A stretch of 15,309 nt of DNA from Verrucomicrobiota bacterium (GCA_033762115.1 JANRLX010000091.1:1-15309), one strand, 5' to 3'; numbered from the stretch's first letter, positions 7,496 through 15,309 are shown. Notes: generated from the letters alone by a model not told the origin. Made by a program: numbers and translations.

Positions 7496-9313
7496 ATGAA
7501 ACGAACGCATCATTGCAATGAATTACGCGCTGCCCATGTGGGACAGTCTGCGACTTTGACTGGTTGGGTCCATTCCCGCCGTGATCTTGGCGGCCTGATT
7601 TTTATCGATGTCCGCGACCGTGAAGGCCGCACCCAAACTGTTTTTGACCCTTCCAACCTCCCGCAGGATTTATTTGAAAAAGCGTCCAACCTGCGCAGTG
7701 AATCAGTCATTGAAGTCACCGGGACAGTGCGCCAGCGCCCGGAGGGAACCAATAATGCAAAGATCCCGACCGGCGAAGTGGAACTGGTCGCCTCCCGGGT
7801 GGAAGTGCTCAATTATTCCGAAGTGCTCCCCTTCCCGGTGGATGATCCGGAGGTCTCCAGCAAGGTGAATGAAGAGCTTCGCCTGAAATACCGCTACCTC
7901 GATTTACGCCGTCCCGAAATGGCGAGGAACCTCCGGTTGCGCAGCAAGGTGGCCACCGCTGCCCGCGTTTTTCTGGATGAACAAGGCTTCCTCGAAGTGG
8001 AAACTCCATTGCTTTTCAAATCCACTCCCGAAGGCGCGCGAGAATTCCTCGTTCCAAGCCGTGTTCATCCCGGCCAGTTCTATGCCCTGCCTCAATCGCC
8101 GCAACAGTTTAAGCAAATCCTGATGGTGGCCGGGGTGGAACGTTATTTTCAGCTGGCAAAATGTTTTCGCGATGAGGACCAGCGCGCTGATCGGCAATTG
8201 GAGTTCACCCAGGTGGACCTGGAAATGTCCTTCATCGACCGCGAGGATATTTACAATCTGATCGAAGGACTGTTGAAGCGCGTTTGGAAAATCGCCCTGA
8301 ACATCGATCTTCAGATTCCTTTCAAAAGAATGTCGTTTGATGAGGCACTAAACCGTTATGGCATCGATAAGCCAGACACCCGGTTCGGCATGGAATTGAC
8401 GGACTTTACCGAAGAATTTCGGAGCAGTTCATTCAAGGTATTTAGCGGGGCGATTGCCAATGGCGGCGTGGTCAAGGCGATCAATGCCAAAGGACTTGCG
8501 GGCGCAACTCAGGGTCAGATCGAAACCATGACCGAATACGCCAAAAGCTTTGGCGCCAAAGGCCTGGCATTCATCAAAGTCGAGGGGGGCGAATGGAAAT
8601 CACCGATTGTAAAGTTCTTCACTGAACCAGAGAAAGCCGCGCTTACCCGGAAGCTTGCCATTGAAGAAGGTGATTTGATTCTTTTTGCAGCCGACCAATG
8701 GTTGAACGCCTGTGAAATCCTTGGGCGCATCCGGCTGTATTGTGCTGAGGTGCTCAAATCACAGGGAAAACTGACGATCCCCGCAGACCAGTTCAATTTC
8801 CTTTGGGTTATTGATTTCCCCTTATTGAGCTTTGATAAGGAACAAAACCGCTGGTACTCCAGTCATCATCCGTTCACTGCTCCAGTGAGCGAAGATATCC
8901 CATTACTTAAGGCTGATCCGAAGAAGGTTCGTGGCCAGCATTATGATATTGTCGTCAATGGAACAGAGCTTGGGGGAGGATCCATCCGGATTCACCAACC
9001 GGATGTTCAGAAAACGATTTTCGAGGAAATCCTGCAAATTCCTCCGGACATGGTCCAGGCCCGTTTCGGTTATATGCTTGAGGCGTTCCGTTATGGCTGC
9101 CCGCCTCATGGTGGGATCGCGCTGGGATTTGATCGGTTGATTGCCATTCTTTGCGGGACCCCAAGTATCCGGGATGTCATCGCATTTCCGAAAACAGCCA
9201 AGGCAGCCGACCTGATGACCGATTCCCCTGCCCCTGTGGAACCGAAACAGCTCAGGGATTTGCATCTTGATCTGCGCGTTCCCCGCAAGGAAGAAGCGCA
9301 ACAGAAAGCCTAA
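7496..9313 (+). CDS. aspS: Aspartate--tRNA ligase, probably non-discriminating Asp/Asn type
   Basis: N-terminal MKRTHHC...GWVHSRRDLGGLIFIDVRDREG OB-fold; LRLKYRYLDLRR; STPEGAREFLVP; YALPQSPQQFKQ; motif 2 CFRDED..ADRQ.EFTQ.D.E; GAD insertion; motif 3 PPHGGIALGFDRL. ATG 7496 has GGGAG 6 nt upstream and is preferred over GTG 7478. Confidence 0.98.
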   Translation: MKRTHHCNELRAAHVGQSATLTGWVHSRRDLGGLIFIDVRDREGRTQTVFDPSNLPQDLFEKASNLRSESVIEVTGTVRQRPEGTNNAKIPTGEVELVASRVEVLNYSEVLPFPVDDPEVSSKVNEELRLKYRYLDLRRPEMARNLRLRSKVATAARVFLDEQGFLEVETPLLFKSTPEGAREFLVPSRVHPGQFYALPQSPQQFKQILMVAGVERYFQLAKCFRDEDQRADRQLEFTQVDLEMSFIDREDIYNLIEGLLKRVWKIALNIDLQIPFKRMSFDEALNRYGIDKPDTRFGMELTDFTEEFRSSSFKVFSGAIANGGVVKAINAKGLAGATQGQIETMTEYAKSFGAKGLAFIKVEGGEWKSPIVKFFTEPEKAALTRKLAIEEGDLILFAADQWLNACEILGRIRLYCAEVLKSQGKLTIPADQFNFLWVIDFPLLSFDKEQNRWYSSHHPFTAPVSEDIPLLKADPKKVRGQHYDIVVNGTELGGGSIRIHQPDVQKTIFEEILQIPPDMVQARFGYMLEAFRYGCPPHGGIALGFDRLIAILCGTPSIRDVIAFPKTAKAADLMTDSPAPVEPKQLRDLHLDLRVPRKEEAQQKA

Positions 9314-9366
9314 AGAGTCACATTCTGGGCATCTTTCCACAATCGCAGTAATTTCCGGATTGGGGA

Positions 9367-9395
9367 TTGATGCCTGTCCGCCTTTTTCCTACGTT
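9367..9395 (+). promoter_or_regulatory. Putative sigma70-type promoter of the liv operon
   Basis: TTGATG (9367-9372), a 17-nt spacer, then TACGTT (9390-9395), about 40-45 nt upstream of the ATGs at 9436 and 9442. Confidence 0.5.
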
Positions 9396-9441
9396 CTTGC
9401 AACAGCAGTGAAGAGGTATTTTGCCTCCCCTGCCCATGAAT

Positions 9442-10623
9442 ATGAAACGATTTTGGCAAATTGGTTGGCCGATGACTCCACTCCTGGCTGCGATGCTTCT
9501 CCTTGTCAGCGGCTGTGGAAAATCAGACTCGAGTGCGCCTTCAGGCTCATCAGCGGACGGCGCTCAAAGCATCATAGTGGGAGAATTCGCCTCCCTTACC
9601 GGCAAGGAGGCCGTTTTCGGGCAATCCTCGCATAAAGGGACCGCACTGGCCGTTGAGGAATTAAATTCCGCTGGCGGGGTCCTTGGCAAAAAAATTGATC
9701 TTCGCACTGAGGACACCCAGTCCCGCCAGGGTGAATCCTCGACTGTCGTGCGTAAATTGATTTCGCGCGACAAGGCCGTTGCGATCCTTGGCGAAGTGGC
9801 TTCCAGCCGCTCACTGGAAGGCGCTGATGTCTGCCAGCAAAACAAAGTTCCAATGATCTCCCCCTCCTCAACCAATCCCACGGTCACCGAAAAGGGGGAT
9901 TATATTTTTCGCGTCTGTTTTATCGATGAGTTTCAGGCGAGCGTCCTGGCTGCTTTTGCCGATAAAAAATTGAAGGCCAGAAACGTGGCCCTCCTGAGTG
10001 ACGTGTCCTCGGCTTACAGCGTCGGCCTGGGTGATTTTTTCAAGCAAAGCTTCACAGCCAATGGAGGCAAGATTGTTGCCGAGCAGAAGTACAATGGCGG
10101 TGACAAGGATTTCAAAGCCCAGTTGACTGCGATCAAGGCAAGCAATCCCGATGCAATTTTTGTCCCCGGTTATTACACGGAGGCAGGGTTGATCGTGGCA
10201 CAGGCGCGACAGCTTGGCATTACCGTTCCCCTGTTCGGCGGTGATGGCTGGGAAGCGCCTGAATTGCTGGAAATTGGCGGCAAGGCAATGGAAGGCACCT
10301 ATTACTCGACCCATTATTCCCCGGAGGATTCAGATCCTGCGGTGCAGAATTTTGTGCAAAAATTCAAGGCCAAGTACAACGGTGAAGTCCCTGATGCCAT
10401 GGCCGCGCTCGGGTATGACTCGATGATGGTCCTGGCAGACGCAATCAAACGCGCAGGCAGCACCGAAGGCGAAAAATTGAAGCAGGCCATCGCCGCGACT
10501 CGTGATTTTGCGGGCGTCACAGGAAAAACCACGATGGACGCGAAGCGCAACGCTTCCAAAACTGCTGTCATCGTTGCGATCAAGGATGGGAAATTTCAAT
10601 ACGTGGACAAGATCGCTCCCTAA
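9442..10623 (+). CDS. livK: Branched-chain amino acid ABC transporter substrate-binding lipoprotein (LivJ/LivK family)
   Basis: Lipobox LVSG|C (Cys codon at 9514) followed by a Ser-rich linker; GEFASLTGKEAVFG, ELNSAGGVLGKKI, PMISPSSTNP, YIFRVCFID, DKDFKAQLTAIK, GDGW, ALGYD, FAGVTG. The start is uncertain (9421 TTG, 9436 ATG or 9442 ATG). Confidence 0.93.
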   Translation: MKRFWQIGWPMTPLLAAMLLLVSGCGKSDSSAPSGSSADGAQSIIVGEFASLTGKEAVFGQSSHKGTALAVEELNSAGGVLGKKIDLRTEDTQSRQGESSTVVRKLISRDKAVAILGEVASSRSLEGADVCQQNKVPMISPSSTNPTVTEKGDYIFRVCFIDEFQASVLAAFADKKLKARNVALLSDVSSAYSVGLGDFFKQSFTANGGKIVAEQKYNGGDKDFKAQLTAIKASNPDAIFVPGYYTEAGLIVAQARQLGITVPLFGGDGWEAPELLEIGGKAMEGTYYSTHYSPEDSDPAVQNFVQKFKAKYNGEVPDAMAALGYDSMMVLADAIKRAGSTEGEKLKQAIAATRDFAGVTGKTTMDAKRNASKTAVIVAIKDGKFQYVDKIAP

Positions 10624-10641
10624 GCCAGCCGAGGAGCCACT

Positions 10642-11571
10642 CTGAACGAATTCCTGCAACAACTGGTCAATGGCCTTTCACTGGGTTCCATCTATGCCCT
10701 TATCGCCCTTGGCTACACCATGGTTTATGGGGTGTTGCGCTTCATCAACTTTGCGCATAGCGACATCTTCATGGTTGGCGCGTTCGTCGGGTATTACACT
10801 TCGCGCGGTTTTGTCTGGCAAAAGACGGGCCTGAAGTTCGGCGGTCTTCCCCAGGAATCGTTCCTCTGGGGAACGGTGATTTTGCTGATTGCAATGTTGT
10901 TCTGCGCCCTTCTAGGGATCATCATTGAACGGCTTGCTTATCGCCCGCTCCGTCATAGCTCCAAGCTGAATGTGCTGATCACAGCAATTGGGGTTTCCCT
11001 CCTGTTGGAGAATGTCGGACAATTTTATTTTGGCGCCGCCCCCAAGGCGTTTCCCTCCCTTTTTCCCGCCAAAAATTTCCAGCCTGCTGCAGGGGTCATC
11101 CTCTCAAGCAACCAGATTGCGGTGTTCGTCGTGACAATTTCGCTGTTGGTTTTCCTCCAATTCATCATTTTAAAAACGCGTGTCGGCGCTGCGATGCGGG
11201 CGGTTTCATTCAATCCCACCGCCTCTTCACTCGTGGGAATCAACAACAATTTCATCATCGCCTTTACTTTCGGACTTGGCTCTGCGCTGGCTGGGGCGGG
11301 TGGAATTCTCTTTTCCATCAATTACCAGGCTATTGATCCCCTCATGGGAATTCTTCCCGGCCTCAAGGCATTCGTCGCGGCGGTCCTGGGGGGGATTGGA
11401 AATATTCCCGGCGCAGCCCTTGGCGGACTGCTCCTTGGTATCATCGAGACTTTTTTTAATGGCAGCCGCCTGTCCACCTATACGGATGCCATTGCGTTTG
11501 CCATCCTGATTTTAATTCTGCTTTTCCGCCCTGCAGGATTGCTTGGCCGGGTGCAGGTGGAAAAGGTATGA
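10642..11571 (+). CDS. livH: Branched-chain amino acid ABC transporter permease LivH, with a probable CTG start
   Basis: The ORF track starts at 10720, but the canonical LivH N-terminus (FLQQLVNGLSLGSIYALIALGYTMVYG) is encoded in frame from 10642. GAGGAG lies at 10631-10636. Other motifs: INFAH, ERLAYRPLR, GAAMRAVS, GLKAFVAAVLGGIG, RPAGLLG. Confidence 0.93.
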   Translation: MNEFLQQLVNGLSLGSIYALIALGYTMVYGVLRFINFAHSDIFMVGAFVGYYTSRGFVWQKTGLKFGGLPQESFLWGTVILLIAMLFCALLGIIIERLAYRPLRHSSKLNVLITAIGVSLLLENVGQFYFGAAPKAFPSLFPAKNFQPAAGVILSSNQIAVFVVTISLLVFLQFIILKTRVGAAMRAVSFNPTASSLVGINNNFIIAFTFGLGSALAGAGGILFSINYQAIDPLMGILPGLKAFVAAVLGGIGNIPGAALGGLLLGIIETFFNGSRLSTYTDAIAFAILILILLFRPAGLLGRVQVEKV

Positions 11572-12545
11572 AGTTGCCCCTCCCACAACTGTTTTTAGTG
11601 GCGACTCTCCTGGTCAGCCTGACGATCAGCCACTTCGCGCATCGATTTGATCCCTACCATCTGGAAATCACGATTGCTGTTGGCATCAACATTATTCTCG
11701 CGGTCAGCCTCAACCTGATTAATGGATACACCGGGCAGTTTTCCCTCGGCCACGCGGGGTTCATGGCCATGGGCGCATATACCAGCGCGGCCATTTCCAT
11801 TCATGCGGGTCCGACGTTGCTTTCACTCTTTGGATTTGCAGGAAAATCCGGGTCTATCAGCCTGCTTTTTTTTGTTGCCCTGCTCTCCGGAGGGATCGCA
11901 GCGGCTCTGGCCGGTCTGCTGGTTGGAACCCCGTCATTGCGATTGAAAGGGGATTATCTGGCCATTGTGACCCTGGGATTTGGGGAAATCATCCGCGTTA
12001 TCTTTCGAAACATCGAACCTCTTGGAGGCGCTCTAGGTCTCACGGGAATTCCGGCATACACCACTTTTTTTTGGACGTTTGGTTTTGCCGCCATCACCGT
12101 TTACACTATTGTCTCGCTGGTCCACTCCACTTACGGCCGCGGTTTTCTTGCAGTGCATGATGATGAAGTCGCCGCCGAAGCCATGGGGATCAACACCACG
12201 CGTTACAAAATTGTCGCTTTCCTGATCGGGGCTTTCTTTGCGGGGATTGCAGGCGGTTTGTACGGGCACTTCAAGCTTTCGATTGCTCCAGGCGGGTTTG
12301 ATTTCATGCGTTCAATCGAGATTGTGGTCATGGTCATCCTCGGCGGCATGGCCAATACTCCTGGTGTGATCGCAGCGGCGATTCTGCTGACTGTCCTTCC
12401 AGAATGGCTTCGTCCCGTGCAGGAATATCGCATGATCATTTATTCCTTGTTGTTGATCGTTTTGATGCTCACGCGCCCGCAGGGATTGTTTTCCTTTGGA
12501 TGGTATGAGAAATGGCGCGCCCGCAGAAGCGCGACCGAGGCATGA
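11568..12545 (+). CDS. livM: Branched-chain amino acid ABC transporter permease LivM
   Basis: SLNLINGYTGQFSLGHAGF, LRLKGDYLAIVTLGFGEI, GRGFLAVHDDEVAAEAMGIN, MVILGG, RPQGLF. ATGA overlap with livH. Confidence 0.95.
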   Translation: MKLPLPQLFLVATLLVSLTISHFAHRFDPYHLEITIAVGINIILAVSLNLINGYTGQFSLGHAGFMAMGAYTSAAISIHAGPTLLSLFGFAGKSGSISLLFFVALLSGGIAAALAGLLVGTPSLRLKGDYLAIVTLGFGEIIRVIFRNIEPLGGALGLTGIPAYTTFFWTFGFAAITVYTIVSLVHSTYGRGFLAVHDDEVAAEAMGINTTRYKIVAFLIGAFFAGIAGGLYGHFKLSIAPGGFDFMRSIEIVVMVILGGMANTPGVIAAAILLTVLPEWLRPVQEYRMIIYSLLLIVLMLTRPQGLFSFGWYEKWRARRSATEA

Positions 12546-13321
12546 AACCGGTTTCCCACCAGCAAAACCTCCTGGACATTGAGCAATGCACCATTCGGTT
12601 TGGTGGTCTCAGCGCGGTCACCCAGCTTGACTTGAGCATTGGCGAAAATGAACTGGTCGGCTTGATCGGTCCCAACGGCGCAGGCAAGACCACCGTGTTC
12701 AACCTGATCACAGGCGTTTACAGTCCCAGCGAGGGAATGATCTCCTTCGAAGGTAAACGCATTCAAGGAAAGCGCCCCTATCAAATCACGGAACATGGGA
12801 TTGCGCGCACTTTTCAAAACATCCGTCTTTTTCCCTCCCTGACCGTTTTTGATAATGTCCGGGTCGCGTTTCACCTCCATGTCGCCAGTGGAATTGGTCA
12901 TGCGATCTGGCGTGGGAAAGCGTTCTGGAATGAGGAAAAGGAAATCAGCAATCGAGTGATGGAATTGTTAAAAATTTTCAACCTGGAACATTTGGCCAGT
13001 CAGATGGCCCGATCCCTTCCTTACGGCGACCAGCGTCGGCTGGAAATTGTCAGGGCCCTTGCAACCAAACCCAGGCTTCTCCTGCTGGATGAACCGGCTG
13101 CCGGGATGAATCCCACTGAAAAAATCGATTTGATGATGTTGATCCGTTTCATCAAGGCGGAATTCGGCCTTTCCGTCCTGCTTGTCGAGCATGATATGCA
13201 GGTGGTGATGGGCATTTGCCAGCGGATCGCGGTGCTGGACCATGGATCAAAAATCGCAGAAGGCGCCCCAGACCAGATCCGTAATGATCCCAGAGTGATT
13301 GAAGCTTATCTCGGCAAATGA
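12542..13321 (+). CDS. livG: Branched-chain amino acid ABC transporter ATP-binding protein LivG
   Basis: RFGGLSAV, Walker A GPNGAGKTT, GIARTFQNIRLF, LPYGDQRRLEIVRALA, LLLLDEPAAGMNP, VEHDM, VIEAYLG. Start 12542 is chosen for its ATGA overlap with the livM stop (the track gives 12512). Confidence 0.95.
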   Translation: MKPVSHQQNLLDIEQCTIRFGGLSAVTQLDLSIGENELVGLIGPNGAGKTTVFNLITGVYSPSEGMISFEGKRIQGKRPYQITEHGIARTFQNIRLFPSLTVFDNVRVAFHLHVASGIGHAIWRGKAFWNEEKEISNRVMELLKIFNLEHLASQMARSLPYGDQRRLEIVRALATKPRLLLLDEPAAGMNPTEKIDLMMLIRFIKAEFGLSVLLVEHDMQVVMGICQRIAVLDHGSKIAEGAPDQIRNDPRVIEAYLGK

Positions 13322-14043
13322 AGAATGGGGAAACGATCCTGGAGGTGGAGAACCTGAGTGTTCAGTACGGCGTCATTACAGCCTTGCACCAGATTTCGTT
13401 CAAAGTCCGACGTGGGGAAATCGTCACGATCATCGGCGCAAACGGTGCCGGAAAAACAACGACTTTAAGGGCCATTTCCGGGCTCGTCCCTGCGAAATCG
13501 GGGACGATTCGTTTCAATGACGAACAAATCAGAGCGGTACCGGCTCATAAAATTGTGAAACGCGGCCTGGCCCATGTTCCAGAAGGACGAATGGTCTTTG
13601 CGAATTTGACGGTCATGGAAAATCTCCAGATGGGAGCTTACCTGCGTTCCGACCGGGCTGCGATCAAGGATGACCTGGAGTACATCTTTTCCATTTTTCC
13701 ACGGTTGAAAGAACGGGCCAAACAATCGGCCGGGACCCTTTCCGGCGGCGAACAGCAGATGCTGGCGATCAGCCGTGCGTTGATGAGCAAGCCGCAGTTT
13801 CTCATGCTGGATGAACCGTCTCTGGGAATCGCACCATTGCTGGTCAAAACTATTTTCGAGAAAATTGTCGAAATCAATCGCAACCAGGGAATCACCATTT
13901 TACTGGTGGAGCAGAATGCAAATCTGGCCCTGGAGATTTCCACTTCCGGTTTCGTGCTTGAAACGGGAAAAATCATTCTTCATGGAGCATCCACAGACCT
14001 GCGCACCAACCCTGATGTAAAAAGGGCTTATTTGGGGGGCTAA
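13318..14043 (+). CDS. livF: Branched-chain amino acid ABC transporter ATP-binding protein LivF
   Basis: GANGAGKTT, HVPEGRMVF, FPRLKER, LSGGEQQMLA, LMLDEPSLGIAP, LVEQNA, AYLGG. ATGA overlap with livG. Confidence 0.96.
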   Translation: MKNGETILEVENLSVQYGVITALHQISFKVRRGEIVTIIGANGAGKTTTLRAISGLVPAKSGTIRFNDEQIRAVPAHKIVKRGLAHVPEGRMVFANLTVMENLQMGAYLRSDRAAIKDDLEYIFSIFPRLKERAKQSAGTLSGGEQQMLAISRALMSKPQFLMLDEPSLGIAPLLVKTIFEKIVEINRNQGITILLVEQNANLALEISTSGFVLETGKIILHGASTDLRTNPDVKRAYLGG

Positions 14044-14107
14044 CGCTACGTTTTTCCAGGGAGAACCTGACCCCCTCTAGGGGAGGAACAAATTGGAAAA
14101 ACAGGCG
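14044..14107. promoter_or_regulatory. Inverted-repeat-rich element after livF (terminator-like structure and/or transcription factor site)
   Basis: GTTTTTCCA (14050-14058) pairs with TGGAAAAAC (14094-14102), enclosing CAGG-N5-CCTG and CCCCT-CT-AGGGG (14072-14083). Confidence 0.4.
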
Positions 14108-14201
14108 CAGGCCCGATTCAGAATTTTTGTATATTTCCCCACTCTTTCTGCATGTCGGGATCGGGGCTCATAGAAACCGAACCCAAACCATAGGACAACG
14201 T

Positions 14202-14390
14202 ATGCAGAACGCAGATTTCACTTGCCGCTCCGAACATGCCCGCTCCAGTTTCATGTGGACTCTTGCCTGGAGAATGCGCCGGGAATCCCAGCGCAAAGCG
14301 ACGCTTCTTGACCGTGCCCAATCTGCTCAACCTCACTTTGTGCGCCCTCAAGGTTTGCAGATCATACGCCCCACGGAGGAGAGTGTATGA
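14202..14390 (+). CDS. Small basic hypothetical protein (62 aa)
   Basis: ATG 14202 has AGGA 6 nt upstream, and the stop overlaps the next start (ATGA, 14387-14390). No recognisable family. The track's TTG start at 14127 is less likely. Confidence 0.5.
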   Translation: MQNADFTCRSEHARSSFMWTLAWRMRRESQRKATLLDRAQSAQPHFVRPQGLQIIRPTEESV

Positions 14391-14722
14391 CGACTATCCT
14401 CGATCAGGAATCTGAACTGGGACATTGTGAACCGGACATTGAAGCTGATCTGGGTGATGTTCCGGAATGGGATTTGGCCAATGCCCTGTTGTTCGTTCAC
14501 ACACGGGCAGACCTCAATAGCCACGGCAGCATGCTCAAGATCGAACAGCATTGCTTCATCCGCGTGGGCACACAGGTGCTCGAACAACCCTGGGTGCAGT
14601 CTCGCATTCTCCTGGAACCGACCGGCGGCTCGAATAAAGAAGCAGAGCAACTCGCAGCACAGGCTCATCAGCAATTTATTGCTGAGGTGAAAAACCTGGT
14701 TCCAACACTGGTGCTGAACTAG
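14387..14722 (+). CDS. Hypothetical protein (111 aa) with an acidic N-terminus
   Basis: Strong SD (GGAGGAG) just upstream, protein-like alpha/beta pattern, and it fills the gap up to the convergent gene. Confidence 0.75.
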   Translation: MTTILDQESELGHCEPDIEADLGDVPEWDLANALLFVHTRADLNSHGSMLKIEQHCFIRVGTQVLEQPWVQSRILLEPTGGSNKEAEQLAAQAHQQFIAEVKNLVPTLVLN

Positions 14723-14744
14723 CAGTGACTTTGCAAACTCTTGC

Positions 14745-15308
14745 TTACTCGTGCAATAACTGTTCCGGGTTCACCTGCAGTTCCTGACAGGCGTGAATAT
14801 AAGCAGCGGCTGACCAGGCCTGAAAACATTGGCCCATCGGACGACCTGTGCGGCTGTGAATCCATTCGTTGAATTCCCACTCCTGATTTTTTCCGAGACG
14901 ATTTAATTGGGCCAGCTTCAGCAGTTCGCGGCAGGCCACGTCATAAAGACCCAGGCGATGAATGAATCGCACCCACATGCCGCCGATGAATGGCCAGATC
15001 CCACCATTGTGATAGTGACCGGGCAGGTTCATTAAATTGACCGTGTAGTAGGGACGCCAGTCAGGATCGCCACTTTGCACAGCAGGATAAAGGTTCGCCA
15101 CCGGGTACGGATCGTTCACACCCACGCCCCACATGAATTTGAAGGCAATCCTGGCACGCTCAATATCGAGCACGTTGCTGATGAACGCCTGTATGTTGCC
15201 CAAGACATCGCAGCGCCAGCTGAAACTGAAAGGAGTGATTTCCGCCAAAAGGTACCGCGCATCTCCCAGCGAATATTGCTGTTCGGCAAATGATGCCTGT
15301 CCAGTAAC
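14745..15308 (-). CDS. Glycoside hydrolase of the (alpha/alpha)6 type, GH100 (alkaline/neutral invertase)-like or amylo-alpha-1,6-glucosidase-like; C-terminal part only
   Basis: The frame is open to the window edge (VTGQASFAEQQYSLGDARYLLAEITPF...). Motifs: DVLGN, NLPGHYHNGGIWPFIGG (compare GH100 YHNGGSWP), WEFNEW...TGRPMG, QAWSAAAY. Confidence 0.85.
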   Translation of the reverse strand, partial: VTGQASFAEQQYSLGDARYLLAEITPFSFSWRCDVLGNIQAFISNVLDIERARIAFKFMWGVGVNDPYPVANLYPAVQSGDPDWRPYYTVNLMNLPGHYHNGGIWPFIGGMWVRFIHRLGLYDVACRELLKLAQLNRLGKNQEWEFNEWIHSRTGRPMGQCFQAWSAAAYIHACQELQVNPEQLLHE

Positions 15309-15309
15309 C

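Noticed and set aside
9400..9435. GTGAAGAGGT resembling the 5' end of a lysine riboswitch, or a T-box/attenuator before the liv operon
   Set aside because: The leader is only about 35-40 nt, too short for these elements. There is no T-box sequence and no Leu/Ile/Val-rich leader peptide.
9267..9635. 122-aa ORF bridging aspS and livK
   Set aside because: It overlaps both real genes out of frame, spans the putative promoter, and has no protein-like features.
14118..14674. Minus-strand ORFs 14118..14351 and 14348..14674 as the true genes
   Set aside because: The plus-strand ORFs have SD sequences and ATGA coupling, and the 111-aa product looks more protein-like. The minus pair is not fully excluded without homology data.
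14721..14745. Bidirectional terminator between the convergent genes (TTTGCAAA palindrome)
   Set aside because: The stem is short, AT-rich and mismatched with no U-tract, so it is too weak to call.

Overview
Bacterial chromosomal window, roughly 54% GC by eye. Protein style suggests Verrucomicrobiota (inference). From left to right it holds: (1) the 3' 6.2 kb of a giant multidomain surface or secreted protein, open from the window edge; (2) a co-oriented secreted glycine-rich protein; (3) aspS; (4) a complete livKHMGF branched-chain amino acid ABC transporter operon, in which livH appears to start at a CTG codon; (5) two small, translationally coupled hypothetical ORFs behind a palindrome-rich intergenic region; (6) the 3' end of a convergent GH100-like (alpha/alpha)6 glycoside hydrolase, cut by the right edge. 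The giant protein carries carboxypeptidase-regulatory-like repeats, Ig-like domains, three Asp-rich Ca-binding repeat clusters, a LamG domain, six strict 24-aa tandem repeats and a possible C-terminal sorting domain. The best candidate for an undescribed system is the giant protein plus its glycine-rich neighbour. No mobile elements, CRISPR arrays, tRNAs or rRNAs were seen.
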